Assembly: GCA_965216565.1 (NCBI GenBank)
Contig: OZ244170.1
Coordinates: 4,608,001 to 4,672,000 of the forward strand
DNA: 64,000 bases
Direction: 5' to 3'
Source: Bythopirellula sp.
GTDB lineage: Bacteria; Planctomycetota; Planctomycetia; Pirellulales; Lacipirellulaceae
A program made the translations under genes and the position numbers. The notes below the pieces were generated by a model. The model saw only the letters and a list, made by a program, of their open reading frames with translations, made no database searches and was not told the DNA's origin. Below, in pieces: positions 27,780 through 37,393 of the stretch. Positions within the stretch are counted from its first letter, which is position 1. Each line of letters starts with the position of its first letter.

Positions 27780-30700
27780 ATGCTTTCCAAATTTTTTATT
27801 GACCGTCCCGTTTTTGCCAATGTCATCGCCATCATCATGGTGATTCTCGGCGTGGTAGCTTTGTACAATCTTCCAGTCGAACAGTACCCCAAGATTACTC
27901 CGCCCACAGTCCAGGTGACCACTCTCTATCCTGGTGCCAATGCACGCGTCGTGGCGGACACCGTCGCCGCTCCCATCGAGCAGCAAGTGAACGGTGTCGA
28001 AGGGATGTTATACATGTCGTCGAATTGTTCGGCAGACGGCTCCTACACGCTGACCATTACATTCGATATTAGCATCGACTTAGACACAGCTCAGGTACTG
28101 GTTCAAAACCGCGTCGCGATTGCGGAACCGCTTCTTCCAGAGGAAGTGCGCCGACAGGGAATCTCCGTTAAGAAGCAATCGACCGACATCATCCTGGTCA
28201 TCTCGCTTGTTTCTCCCGATGAGACATTCGACAGCCTTTTCATGGCGAACTACGCGACCTTGCGGCTCCGTGACGAATTGAGCCGCGTTTCGGGCGTCGG
28301 TGATGTGGTTGCCCGCGGGGGAACAGACTATAGCATGCGGGTCTGGCTCGATCCCGAGCGACTGAGCGCTCGCAATCTGACAACACAGGACGTGATTGCC
28401 GCCCTCCGGGATCAAAACGTACAGGTAGCGGCCGGTCAAATTGGTCAGGCGCCTGCGCCGGAAAACCAATTGCTGCAACTACCCGTGACCGCACTTGGCC
28501 GACTTAGCGAGGCTGAACAATTCGAAGAGATTATCATCAAGAAACAGCGCGGGCGAGTAACGTATCTCCGCGACGTGGCCCGTGTTGAATTGGGGAGCCA
28601 ATCCTACGACTCGTTTAGTGTCCGATCGGGCACGCCGACCGTGAGCATTCTCATTTATCAATTACCCGGCGCGAACGCACTGGAAGTCGCGGACAATGTC
28701 CGCGAGTCGATCGAGCACCTCAAGCAGGATTTCCCAGCTGGTTTGGATTATGCGATTCCCTTTGATACGACGAAGTTTGTCGAGGCTGGCGTCGAAGGCG
28801 TGTACCATACCTTGATTGAAGCCGGAGTCCTCGTCCTACTGGTGATTCTCGCCTTCTTGCACGACTGGCGAGCGGTGCTGGTTCCCGCGACAACCGTTCC
28901 GGTCACAATCATCGGCGCATTCGCTGTCATGCCGCTTCTGGGATTCACCATTAATTTCCTCACCTTGTTCGGAGTCGTGCTGGCGATCGGAATTGTCGTG
29001 GACGACGCCATCGTGATTGTGGAGAACGCGGCGCACCACATCGAGCGAGGACTGACGCCACGCGATGCATCTATCAAGGCGATGGAGGAAATGACAGGAC
29101 CGGTCATTAGCATCACACTGGTGCTCACGGCCGTGTTTCTTCCCGCTGCCTTTCTCGGTGGCATCACCGGTCAACTCTACCGACAATTCGCGCTAACCAT
29201 TGCCGTGACCGCTGTCCTCAGCGCCATCAACGCTCTGACCCTGAAGCCCGTGCAGTGCGCGACCTATCTTCGCCCACTACCTGAAAAGCGGAACCTCTTC
29301 GTCCGCGGATTCAACCGTGTGTATGGATGGGTCGAAACGGTTTACGTGTGGATCCTTAATCAGTTCCTCCGCGTCGCCGTGGTCGCGATGCTGCTCTTTT
29401 TTGGACTGATCGGTGGCACCACCTGGTGGTATTTCTCCCTCCCCACAGGTTTCCTGCCGACAGAGGATCAAGGATATGTGTTGGTGAGCGTTCAATTGCC
29501 AGACGGCGCGTCTCAGGGGCGAACGAGGGCGGTCGTTGACAAGCTGGACAAGGTGTTTTCCAGCGAACCGGCCATCGACAACTGGTTGGTCCTCGGTGGG
29601 CTCTCGATTCTGGATGGAACGACTGCTCCCAATGCCGCCACGGCCTTCGCGGTCTTTAAGGACTGGGGCGAGCGTTCCGACCCGGAACTCAAACAGGAGG
29701 CGATCGTCGCTAGGCTACGGCGTGAGATGGGGCAATTTCACGAAGCCATTATTTTTCCCATTGTTCCTCCTGCAATCCGAGGATTGGGCCAGTCGGGCGG
29801 GTTCCAGTTCCAGATTGAAGACCGTTCAGGCGTGGGCAGAGAAGAACTGTTCCAGCGCCTTCAAGACGTTCTCCAGGCCGCAAAAAACCGTCCGGAACTT
29901 GGCCCCATGCAGACGACTTTTCGTGCGGGAGTACCCCAATTGTTCGCCGACGTGGATCGAATAAAAGCCCAAAAGCTGGACTTGGATCTTGACGACGTTT
30001 ACAGCACCTTGCAGGCCAACCTGGGATCATTTTATGCCAACGATTTCAATAAGTTTGGTCGTACCTATCAGGTCCGCCTTCAAGCTGAGCAACAATTTCG
30101 CGATTCGGCCGACGACGTGTACCGTCTGCGCGTCCGCAACGCCAACGGGCGAATGATCCCGATCGGATCAGTGCTCACCATTGACGAAGCCTTCGGACCG
30201 CAGGTGATCAACCGGTACAATCTTTATCCGACCGCATCAATCATCGGTTCGTCGGCTCCGGGACGAAGTTCCGGCGATGCCCTGGAGGCAATGGAAAAAG
30301 TAGCACGCGACGTTCTTCCGTCAACGATGGGCTCCGAATGGACCGGCATGGCCTATCAGGAAAAACTCGTGGGCGGACAAGCGCTCTTCGTGTTCGCCTT
30401 GGCGGTTTTGCTCGTGTACCTAGTCCTCGCCGCTCAATATGAGAGCTGGATCCTTCCACTGGCCGTGATTCTGGTGGTGCCCATTGGGATGCTGGGTGTG
30501 GTGGCGGGAGTCTGGTTCCGGGGAATGGACAACAATGTGTACACACAAATTGGAACGGTGCTGATTATCGCCCTTGCAAGTAAGAATGCAATTCTCATTG
30601 TCGAGTTCGCACGCGAGTTGCGCATGCACGGGCGTAGTATTCACGAAGCGGCGGTCGAGGCGTCACGCCTGCGTTTTCGCCCCATTTTGATGACATCTTT

Positions 30701-30896
30701 CGCCTTTATTCTGGGCGTGGTCCCGCTGGTCATGGCCAACGGTGCGGGGGCCGCTAGCCAGCAGTCTTTGGGAACGGCCGTCGTCGGTGGAATGATCACT
30801 TCGACGGTGCTCGCTGTCTTCTTCGTACCGCTTTTCTATGTCGTCATGCAGCATTTGAGCGAGTGGCGAACGCCGGCAACTACGCATGCCGAATGA
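27780..30896 (+). CDS. RND efflux permease (HAE1, MexF/BepE-like)
   Basis: MLSKFFIDRPVFA, IGIVVDDAIVIVEN, KNAILIVEFA, RFRPILMTSFAF. Confidence 0.95.
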   Translation: MLSKFFIDRPVFANVIAIIMVILGVVALYNLPVEQYPKITPPTVQVTTLYPGANARVVADTVAAPIEQQVNGVEGMLYMSSNCSADGSYTLTITFDISIDLDTAQVLVQNRVAIAEPLLPEEVRRQGISVKKQSTDIILVISLVSPDETFDSLFMANYATLRLRDELSRVSGVGDVVARGGTDYSMRVWLDPERLSARNLTTQDVIAALRDQNVQVAAGQIGQAPAPENQLLQLPVTALGRLSEAEQFEEIIIKKQRGRVTYLRDVARVELGSQSYDSFSVRSGTPTVSILIYQLPGANALEVADNVRESIEHLKQDFPAGLDYAIPFDTTKFVEAGVEGVYHTLIEAGVLVLLVILAFLHDWRAVLVPATTVPVTIIGAFAVMPLLGFTINFLTLFGVVLAIGIVVDDAIVIVENAAHHIERGLTPRDASIKAMEEMTGPVISITLVLTAVFLPAAFLGGITGQLYRQFALTIAVTAVLSAINALTLKPVQCATYLRPLPEKRNLFVRGFNRVYGWVETVYVWILNQFLRVAVVAMLLFFGLIGGTTWWYFSLPTGFLPTEDQGYVLVSVQLPDGASQGRTRAVVDKLDKVFSSEPAIDNWLVLGGLSILDGTTAPNAATAFAVFKDWGERSDPELKQEAIVARLRREMGQFHEAIIFPIVPPAIRGLGQSGGFQFQIEDRSGVGREELFQRLQDVLQAAKNRPELGPMQTTFRAGVPQLFADVDRIKAQKLDLDLDDVYSTLQANLGSFYANDFNKFGRTYQVRLQAEQQFRDSADDVYRLRVRNANGRMIPIGSVLTIDEAFGPQVINRYNLYPTASIIGSSAPGRSSGDALEAMEKVARDVLPSTMGSEWTGMAYQEKLVGGQALFVFALAVLLVYLVLAAQYESWILPLAVILVVPIGMLGVVAGVWFRGMDNNVYTQIGTVLIIALASKNAILIVEFARELRMHGRSIHEAAVEASRLRFRPILMTSFAFILGVVPLVMANGAGAASQQSLGTAVVGGMITSTVLAVFFVPLFYVVMQHLSEWRTPATTHAE

Positions 30897-30949
30897 ATGA
30901 ACGCGAAACTCATCCGACTGGTGCGTCCCAACAGAGGCCGCCGAACCTG

Positions 30950-31180
30950 ATGTGCGGCTGCGACACAGAGATGAACGGTAGATTGTATTCCGACTCCATC
31001 CATTCGAGTTCGACGTAATCGAAGAGGTTGCGGGCAGCGCGGTCCGCTTGTAGAAGAGCAGGCCATCGAGGAACGGAGCGTTCTTCTTGACGTTGGCGAT
31101 CAACTCGCGGAAGGTCGTGCGTTCCTCACCCTCGCTGGCCATCTCGGCGATCTCGAAGAGCTTGACGATTTCGCTGCTGG
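30950..31180 (-). pseudogene. Serine recombinase catalytic-domain relic
   Basis: IVKLFEIAEMAS..ERTTFRELI...LDGLLFYK, frameshift, then DRAARNLFDYVELE..ESEYNLPFISVSQP. Confidence 0.75.
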
Positions 31181-31643
31181 TCTGGATTGTGTGGACATTC
31201 AGTTCATGGTCGTGAGCACAGCAGCAAGCCAGACCCGGACGACCTTGTGCATTGACTGAGGCATGGATTTTCAACATCATTCCTCCACGAGATCGACTAA
31301 TGCAACGCCGCTGGTTGGGAGTTTCTTTCCTCAACCAGACGGCGAGTTCCGGCGGAAACCTGATGGTCCTTAACCATGGCAGAGTCCAATTGAGGCTCGT
31401 CCAGGCACGGCTTGCCATGGTTTTCCCTTCTTGGGTTCACATCCAGCCTCACAGGTATTCAAATGTTACCAGTTATGGTCTCCATCACAAGAATATCAAG
31501 TCTGCCGTTCACCCAGCTCTCAGTTTGACGCAGACTGCCTCTCGACCCTACACTAGAGTGCAGTAGGCTTGCATCCGGGCCTGGTGGTCGCGCTCGGCGT
31601 CAGATGCTTTAGCGTTGAAGCCACTCTTTGTTGTGGAGGGCTC

Positions 31644-31893
31644 ATGGCCGCCGCCGGGTGCCAAAAGCACCCGATTCGCTGGCTTACTGCTGAGGATATT
31701 CGGAATCTACAACGCATGCGTCGTCAGGTCGTAGTCAATGCTATGCTCTCGGGTGAACTCCCCTACGAGCAGTGTGGCCGTATCCGCTACGCCCGATTAT
31801 CCGACGTTGAGGCGTGGGAAGAATCACGGCTAAGTCGAGATGCCATTCCCGGAACCACCTTGGGTTCATCCGGACCTCGCCGAGTTCACCTAA
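31644..31893 (+). pseudogene. Excisionase-like winged-HTH gene, copy 1 (one extra G near the 3' end shifts it out of the homologous stop)
   Basis: Close homolog of 35337-35588; ttgggttcat here versus ttggttcat in copy 2. Confidence 0.7.
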
Positions 31894-33112
31894 GTCGGCC
31901 TTGGTGGACTTCAAGCACTTTCGGACCCACTCAATCAGTAGACGGTCTTCTGGAGCAACTGGCTTCATGTAAACGTCGGCAACCTGTGAGCTGGCTGAGT
32001 GTCCAAGCCAACGCTTCATTGCGCCAATAGAACAACCTGCACGTGCCCCATACTCAGTCGCCCCAAGATGGCGAAGAGAGTAAAAGCCTCCCATACTTTC
32101 ACAGTCGTCTCCTAGCTTGACTCGCAATTTCGTCCACCACAGACAAACCGAATCACAATTGCCATGGACAAGAGGCATGCCCTGTTCCGTGAGGAATAAC
32201 TACTTGCTTTCACTCCGATTTGATTCACGAAGATAATCTTGAATAGCCCGCCAGACCATCGGGCGAGTTTCGCCATATCGCTCAATACCAGTCTTGCCCC
32301 GTCTCAGGTCGTAGCTATTCTTATCGAATTGCTTGATACGTACTTGGGCGAGTTCACGTTGGCCAAAACCACTGCCGATTGCCATCCAGACTATTTACAG
32401 TACGTTGCGAATCGCAATGCTGAAGGACAATTTTAAGCTGAGTCAGTGTCGGGGAGCTTTCGCCGTTTGGCAGGCTTTCCATGGCTCACATCGCGTGACA
32501 TCCAGTTCCATGAAAGCAAATGGCTTCCATGTTCCGGACGTCCTGCCCGGTCGATAATTGCTTTCACGAGACGAAGACGCTTGTTGACTTGTGAAGAAGA
32601 ATAGTCTACTGTCACCAGCAATCGATTGAAGGCCTCAACATCTTGCATGGTAAAGTCTGCCAGCATCATCCTTGCAACAGCACCTTGTCCGTAGCGATAA
32701 TTCAAGAACTGAAGAAACTCCTGTGCGAACTGCTTTCTGGTTTCAAAGGTCTTGCGAGTAATGGTCCCTTTTCGGCGAACTCCGTCATTGGCCCCAACCC
32801 TTGTTTCTTCGTAGTTCAGAAAACCGGTTATGATATGTACAAGATTTCCTTCGATTCCTTCTGCCGTTACGTCGCTTGCTTCGGTTTTGCAAGTCGAGCT
32901 TTCTTCGAGATGACTTCGTCTTGCTGGACGGCGTTTCGCCATGCAAGTGAACTGCTATCCATTCGTGGTAGTCTGCATCAGCCGCTTCACGGCTAGTCAT
33001 CCCAAAACCGATGACGGCGTGGTGTGCCTGTATTTGGGGCACGATTGACACATGCCAGCCGATGTTGCGGGTCTCCGTGTATCTCAGTTGCAGCACTTGG
33101 TTCTTGCGGCAT
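31894..33112 (-). pseudogene. Tyrosine integrase pseudogene (several frameshifts)
   Basis: Fragments RNIGWHVS, KAIIDRAGRPEHG, GFGQREL, YDLRRGKTG.ERYGET, FYSLRHLGATE, WLGHSASS..ADVY are collinear with the intact integrase. Confidence 0.9.
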
Positions 33113-33255
33113 TTTGCGGGTATGAGTAAAATTTGTTGTCAGGTAGTTTTTGGAATGACTTGCGGTGGAATTGCTGGCTAGCAATGTAGTGTCCTGCGGG
33201 AATTGTGGTGCAGAATTCTCAAGAACTGTAGTGCAAGACATCAGAAAAACCCTTT

Positions 33256-33294
33256 GTCCACGTAGCTCAACTGGATAGAGTGTCGGCCTCCGAA
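33256..33294 (+). pseudogene. 5' half of a tRNA-Arg(CCG), cut at the end of the anticodon loop (att-like relic)
   Basis: GTCCACG-TA-GCTC-AACTGGATA-GAGT-G-TCGGC-CTCCGAA; no 3' anticodon strand or T-arm follows. Confidence 0.75.
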
Positions 33295-33358
33295 AGTGCT
33301 GTTCCGCTGATGCAGTCAGTGAAACTTCTCAACGCAATCTAACTACAAGGAATATCGA

Positions 33359-34288
33359 ATGCCTAAGTTTCTCTCACAATCGATTGTTACTAATTGTCTT
33401 GTCTTTGCCGCCTCATACGCCGTGTGTGCCGAAGAAACTTATACACAGCATAAAAATGTTGTCTATGGCGAAGTCCATGGAATTGGCCTCGTGATGGACA
33501 TTTTCACGCCTATAGGCAACAAAAACGGGTTGGGAGTTATCGACATAGCCAGCGGAGCTATGCACTCCGATCGAGGAAAGATTAACGACCACAAGAAGGG
33601 GGGATTCTTCGACGTTATGTGCGGACAGGGCTATACAGTCTACGCCCTACGTCCCGGATCGGCTACCAAATTCAGTGCTTCCGATATGCTCGACAATATC
33701 GGGAAAGGAATCGCTTGGATCATCAATCACTCGAAGGAGTACAATATCGACCCTGACCGATTGGGACTGATGGGAGCCTCGGCGGGTGGTTACTTGGCTT
33801 GCATGACGGCAGTCACCGCAAAAGAAGACAGCCCTGCCACTCACATCAAAGCGGTTGGAGTTTTTTTCCCGGCTACCGACCTGATGAGAATCGGGCCGAT
33901 CAAGATCGACGTCCGATCTGACGGCATGTTTGCAAAGACAGTTCGGCAGCTACTATTTCCAGAAGGTTTAGGTGATTTGGATGACGAAGCTATCGAAAGT
34001 AGGATCACACAATACTCACCCACCCAACTCGTCACGTCGAAATCACCACCATTTCTATTCATTCACGGTGATGCCGACATTATGGTGCCACTACAACAGT
34101 CGAAGGTTATGGTAGAGGCACTAAAGAATGCTGACGTTCACGCAGAATTGATCGTCAAAAAAGAGGGCGGGCACCCCTGGCCATCTATCTCCGAAGAAGT
34201 CCAGGTAATGGCAGATTGGTTCGACAAGACCTTGTCAACAGTGGCAGTTCAGGTCGATTCAGATTCTGCCTTGAAGAGTGGGAAATGA
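33359..34288 (+). CDS. Secreted alpha/beta-hydrolase (esterase/lipase-like)
   Basis: Signal peptide; nucleophile elbow GASAG, IHGDAD..VP..QS, GGH. Confidence 0.9.
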   Translation: MPKFLSQSIVTNCLVFAASYAVCAEETYTQHKNVVYGEVHGIGLVMDIFTPIGNKNGLGVIDIASGAMHSDRGKINDHKKGGFFDVMCGQGYTVYALRPGSATKFSASDMLDNIGKGIAWIINHSKEYNIDPDRLGLMGASAGGYLACMTAVTAKEDSPATHIKAVGVFFPATDLMRIGPIKIDVRSDGMFAKTVRQLLFPEGLGDLDDEAIESRITQYSPTQLVTSKSPPFLFIHGDADIMVPLQQSKVMVEALKNADVHAELIVKKEGGHPWPSISEEVQVMADWFDKTLSTVAVQVDSDSALKSGK

Positions 34289-34390
34289 GAAGCAGAGGTA
34301 TTACATTATTAACTAGAGATGGGGATTTACTACCTAACCGACCAAAGCAATGACAAGCAACGTGATAGTCCCCCTTCAATTGGCAAGGCA

Positions 34391-35158
34391 ATGTCAACTC
34401 AAGATCGCAAACAACGTCAGATTAAGAACCGAGAACGACTGATTCTCGATATTGCAAAGCGTCATCTTTTGGAGCATGGATACACTGCACTTAGCATGGA
34501 CCACATCGCTGAGGAAATGGAGTACTCTAAGGGCACGATTTACACCCATTTCAAGAGCAAAGAAGATATTCTGATGTCGCTTGCTGGAGAACTGGTTCGT
34601 AAACGACACCAACTGTTCCTTCGAGCGACAGGTTACAGTGAAAATTCACGCGAACGCATCTTTGCAGTAGGGATCGCATCCGTCCTGTTCGCACAGCTTC
34701 ACCCATGTTATTTTCGCATAGAAAGTCTACTTCGGGACGCATCACTGATTCGAAAAGTCACTCCCCAGCACCAAGCAGCCTACGAATGTGAAGAATTGCT
34801 ATGTGTCAAACTTACAGAGACAATCATTCGTAATGCCATCTCAACTGGAGATCTCACTTTACGCAAGAGTCACTCTGTACGTAGCATTGCATTTGGATTC
34901 TGGTCATTGACCGTCGGTGGCCTCAGTCATATCGTTACAGATGGACCTCAATTATTTGATGAAGTAGGTGACGCTTACACAGCAGTGATTCAAAACTGCC
35001 AGACCTATCTGGACGGCTTATTATGGCATCCCTTGTCAGATGAATGGGATTCCTCAGCTTTTGCTGCCCTCGTGTGTCAGGAAGTATTCCCTGATGAATA
35101 TCGCTGCTCTAACTGGCAGATCAATACAAGGCATCTGGCGTCACGTACGTCAACTTAG
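34391..35158 (+). CDS. TetR/AcrR family regulator
   Basis: HGYTALSMDHIAEEMEYSKGTIYTHFKSKEDIL. Confidence 0.9.
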   Translation: MSTQDRKQRQIKNRERLILDIAKRHLLEHGYTALSMDHIAEEMEYSKGTIYTHFKSKEDILMSLAGELVRKRHQLFLRATGYSENSRERIFAVGIASVLFAQLHPCYFRIESLLRDASLIRKVTPQHQAAYECEELLCVKLTETIIRNAISTGDLTLRKSHSVRSIAFGFWSLTVGGLSHIVTDGPQLFDEVGDAYTAVIQNCQTYLDGLLWHPLSDEWDSSAFAALVCQEVFPDEYRCSNWQINTRHLASRTST

Positions 35159-35336
35159 ATTACGTCGAACTGTTTCAGTAACTCGAATTAGCAGACTCGA
35201 CGTTTGAGAGTCGCAGTTTGACCAAATTCGACCTTAGAGCGTACACTAGCGTGTAGTAGGCTTGCATCCGGGCCTGGTGGTCGCCGTTCGGCGTCGGATG
35301 TTTAGCGTTGAAGGCACTCTTTGTTGTGGAGGGCTC

Positions 35337-35588
35337 ATGGCCGCCGCCGGGTGCCAAAAGCAACCGGTTCGCTGGCTTACGGTAGAGGACATTCGGAAAC
35401 AACAACGCATGCGTCGTCAGGTCGTAGTCAAAGCCATGCTCTCGGGAGAACTCCCCTATGAGCAGCGTGGTCGTATCCGCTACGCCCGAGTATCCGACGT
35501 TGAGGCGTGGGAGAAATCACGGCTACATAGCCGCGTTCAAACTCCTGGAACCTTCTTGGTTCATCCGGACCTCGCCGAGTTCACCTAA
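35337..35588 (+). CDS. Excisionase-like winged-HTH DNA-binding protein, copy 2
   Basis: RBS GGAGGG; WLTVEDI...SGELPY..RGRIRYARVSDVEAW; near an integrase. Confidence 0.7.
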   Translation: MAAAGCQKQPVRWLTVEDIRKQQRMRRQVVVKAMLSGELPYEQRGRIRYARVSDVEAWEKSRLHSRVQTPGTFLVHPDLAEFT

Positions 35589-35597
35589 GTCGGCCTC

Positions 35598-35635
35598 GCC
35601 GAGTCGGGCGGCCCAACCAGGCCGCTCGGCCCGGC
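35598..35635 (+). terminator. GC-rich hairpin after the excisionase-like gene
   Basis: GCCGAGTCGGGCGGCC-caacca-GGCCGCTCGGCCCGGC followed by ATTTC. Confidence 0.45.
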
Positions 35636-35710
35636 ATTTCATCTCTAATCGGGTGTTCAAATGCATCCGTTGTGATTATGCAGGACGACGATAAAATAGA
35701 ATCTGTCCAA

Positions 35711-35781
35711 GCGGGTGTAGCTCAATGGCAGAGCGTTTGGTTCCCAACCAAGATACGAGGGTTCGATTCCCTTCACCCGCT
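35711..35781 (+). tRNA. tRNA-Gly (CCC)
   Basis: Full cloverleaf: GCGGGTG/CACCCGC, D-arm GCTC/GAGC, anticodon arm TTTGG-TTCCCAA-CCAAG, T-arm GAGGG-TTCGATT-CCCTT; CCA not encoded. Confidence 0.92.
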
Positions 35782-35791
35782 CTCTATGCAA

Positions 35792-37054
35792 TTATGTTTT
35801 GTCTTTGTCTGGAAAGTCTGCATTGCCGGAACGGAGGGCATTACCAATCCATTCTATAACTTCGCGATTCTCGGGCGATATGGGTTTCATGTAGACATCC
35901 GCCATGTCTGAACTTGCAGAATGCCCTAACCAGCGTTTCACTTCGCTAATGGAGCATCCTGGCCTTGCCCCAAATTCAGTTGCCCCAAGATGACGAAGCG
36001 TATAGAAGCCACCCATACCCTTACAGGCCTTACCCTTCCGTTTGAGAAGCTTCGACCACCATTGAGTGACCGAGTCTGCGTGCTCATGCACAATTGCCAT
36101 TCCTTTCACCGTGCGAAACAGCAATTCGCCTTTAGCTCGCTTCGTCTGCTTTATGTAATCTTGCATTACCTTCCAAACCAAGGGCGGAGTCTCGCCATAT
36201 CGCTCAACACCCGTCTTACCCCTTCTTAGGTCGTAGCCCTTCTTATCGAACTGGCCAACTCGAATGGCGGCCAGGTCGCGTTGCCCAAATCCGCAGCCAA
36301 TCGCGGTCCAAACCATCGCTGTCTCGCGTGGACCACATTCTCCTAAAACGAGCTGTAGTTGTTTGAGAGTCGGAAGCTTTCGCTTCTTGGCTGGTTTGCC
36401 GTGAAGAACGTCTCGCGAACTCCAATTCCAACCTAGCACCTGCCCACCGTGCTCAGGCCGCCCCGCACGGTCGATAATCGCCTTCATGAATTGCAATCGC
36501 TTCGTGACCTGTGACGAGGAATAACCGGCCTCAAATATCGCTCGATTGTACGCCTCCACGTCATCCAATCCGAGATGGTCCAGCATCATCCGACCAATGG
36601 CTCCTTGCCCATGTCGAATGTTGAGGAATTCGAGTATTTCTTGAGCATAGACCTTTCGCTGGTCGTACACGGCTCGGGTAATACTTCCCTGACGACGGCC
36701 CTCTCCATTGCCCCGAACACGCGACTCCTCATAGCGGAGAAGCCCTGACGTAATGTGCAATAGGCTGCCTTCTAGAATCTCAGCCGTAACCCCTTCGGCA
36801 CTTGGTTTGGCCGCTATCGAATGAAGGTCAAGCTTCTTTCGCCGCTTTAGCTTGACGCTTGGCGTTTGACCGCAAAGATGGGCCGCGACCCACTCGTGGT
36901 ACGCCTTTTCCGCTTCTTGAAGACTGACCATTCCGAAGCGGTGTTTTCGCGGCGTACCCGTCACTGGGTCACGAAAGGAGACGTGCCAACCAATGTTGCG
37001 ACTCTTGGTGTACTTGAGGGTCGGAACGCGTGGTTTACGTTGGTTGCTTGGCAT
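35792..37054 (-). CDS. Tyrosine recombinase/integrase
   Basis: RGKTG, FYTLRHLGAT, WLGHS, MADVY catalytic segments; flanked by tRNA-Gly sequences; ATG at 37054. Confidence 0.88.
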   Translation of the reverse strand: MPSNQRKPRVPTLKYTKSRNIGWHVSFRDPVTGTPRKHRFGMVSLQEAEKAYHEWVAAHLCGQTPSVKLKRRKKLDLHSIAAKPSAEGVTAEILEGSLLHITSGLLRYEESRVRGNGEGRRQGSITRAVYDQRKVYAQEILEFLNIRHGQGAIGRMMLDHLGLDDVEAYNRAIFEAGYSSSQVTKRLQFMKAIIDRAGRPEHGGQVLGWNWSSRDVLHGKPAKKRKLPTLKQLQLVLGECGPRETAMVWTAIGCGFGQRDLAAIRVGQFDKKGYDLRRGKTGVERYGETPPLVWKVMQDYIKQTKRAKGELLFRTVKGMAIVHEHADSVTQWWSKLLKRKGKACKGMGGFYTLRHLGATEFGARPGCSISEVKRWLGHSASSDMADVYMKPISPENREVIEWIGNALRSGNADFPDKDKT

Positions 37055-37168
37055 GGCTGGGGCCTTACAATACGTGCATTGAAGTTGCCTTAGATACACG
37101 AATTGTAGTGCAAGACACCCCAGAAATGTAGTGCAGAGACCGCTAAACTACGGGAATTAGTGGTGTTC

Positions 37169-37220
37169 AGCATCGGCTTCCCAAGCTTTAGGCGAGGGTT
37201 CGATTCCCTTCACCCGCTCT
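37169..37220 (+). other. 3' remnant of tRNA-Gly(CCC), putative attR
   Basis: TCGGC-TTCCCAA-GCTTT-AGGC-GAGGGTTCGATTCCCTTCACCCGCTCT; last 28 bp identical to 35756-35783. Confidence 0.8.
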
Positions 37221-37313
37221 CACTTTCTCGCCGTAGGCCTAGCCGATTGTCGTGGAGAGTATGCGTTCGGTGTTTCACGCTTTGGGATGCAAGCTAAAAA
37301 GCGAAGCGCTATT

Positions 37314-37393
37314 TGCCCCCTCTCCCCGGTTACAGAGAAGTTGAACTCGACTGACTAAGATTACATCAACCACGCTTCGGGGGAGAGGGGGCA
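37314..37393. repeat. REP-like inverted repeat
   Basis: TGCCCCCTCTCCCC / GGGGAGAGGGGGCA (14 bp perfect) with a 52-nt spacer. Confidence 0.55.

Larger units (their letters stand above)
1..37220. mobile_element. Right part of a mosaic integrative mobilizable/conjugative genomic island ending at a tRNA-Gly 3' remnant; left end lies outside the window
   Basis: Relaxase plus coupling protein, backbone genes, efflux cargo and recombinase relics; intact tyrosine integrase next to a tRNA-Gly 3' fragment at 37169-37220; housekeeping-type genes follow. Confidence 0.8.

Noticed and set aside
30663..31418. 251-aa minus-strand ORF as a gene
   Set aside because: Only the middle is a serine recombinase fragment; the rest is out of frame or antisense to the RND gene
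31569..32030. 153-aa ORF as an extended excisionase
   Set aside because: The C-terminal extension is frameshift read-through antisense to the integrase pseudogene; the RBS supports ATG at 31644
37169..37220. Second functional tRNA-Gly
   Set aside because: Lacks the 5' acceptor strand and D-arm; anticodon stem is mismatched
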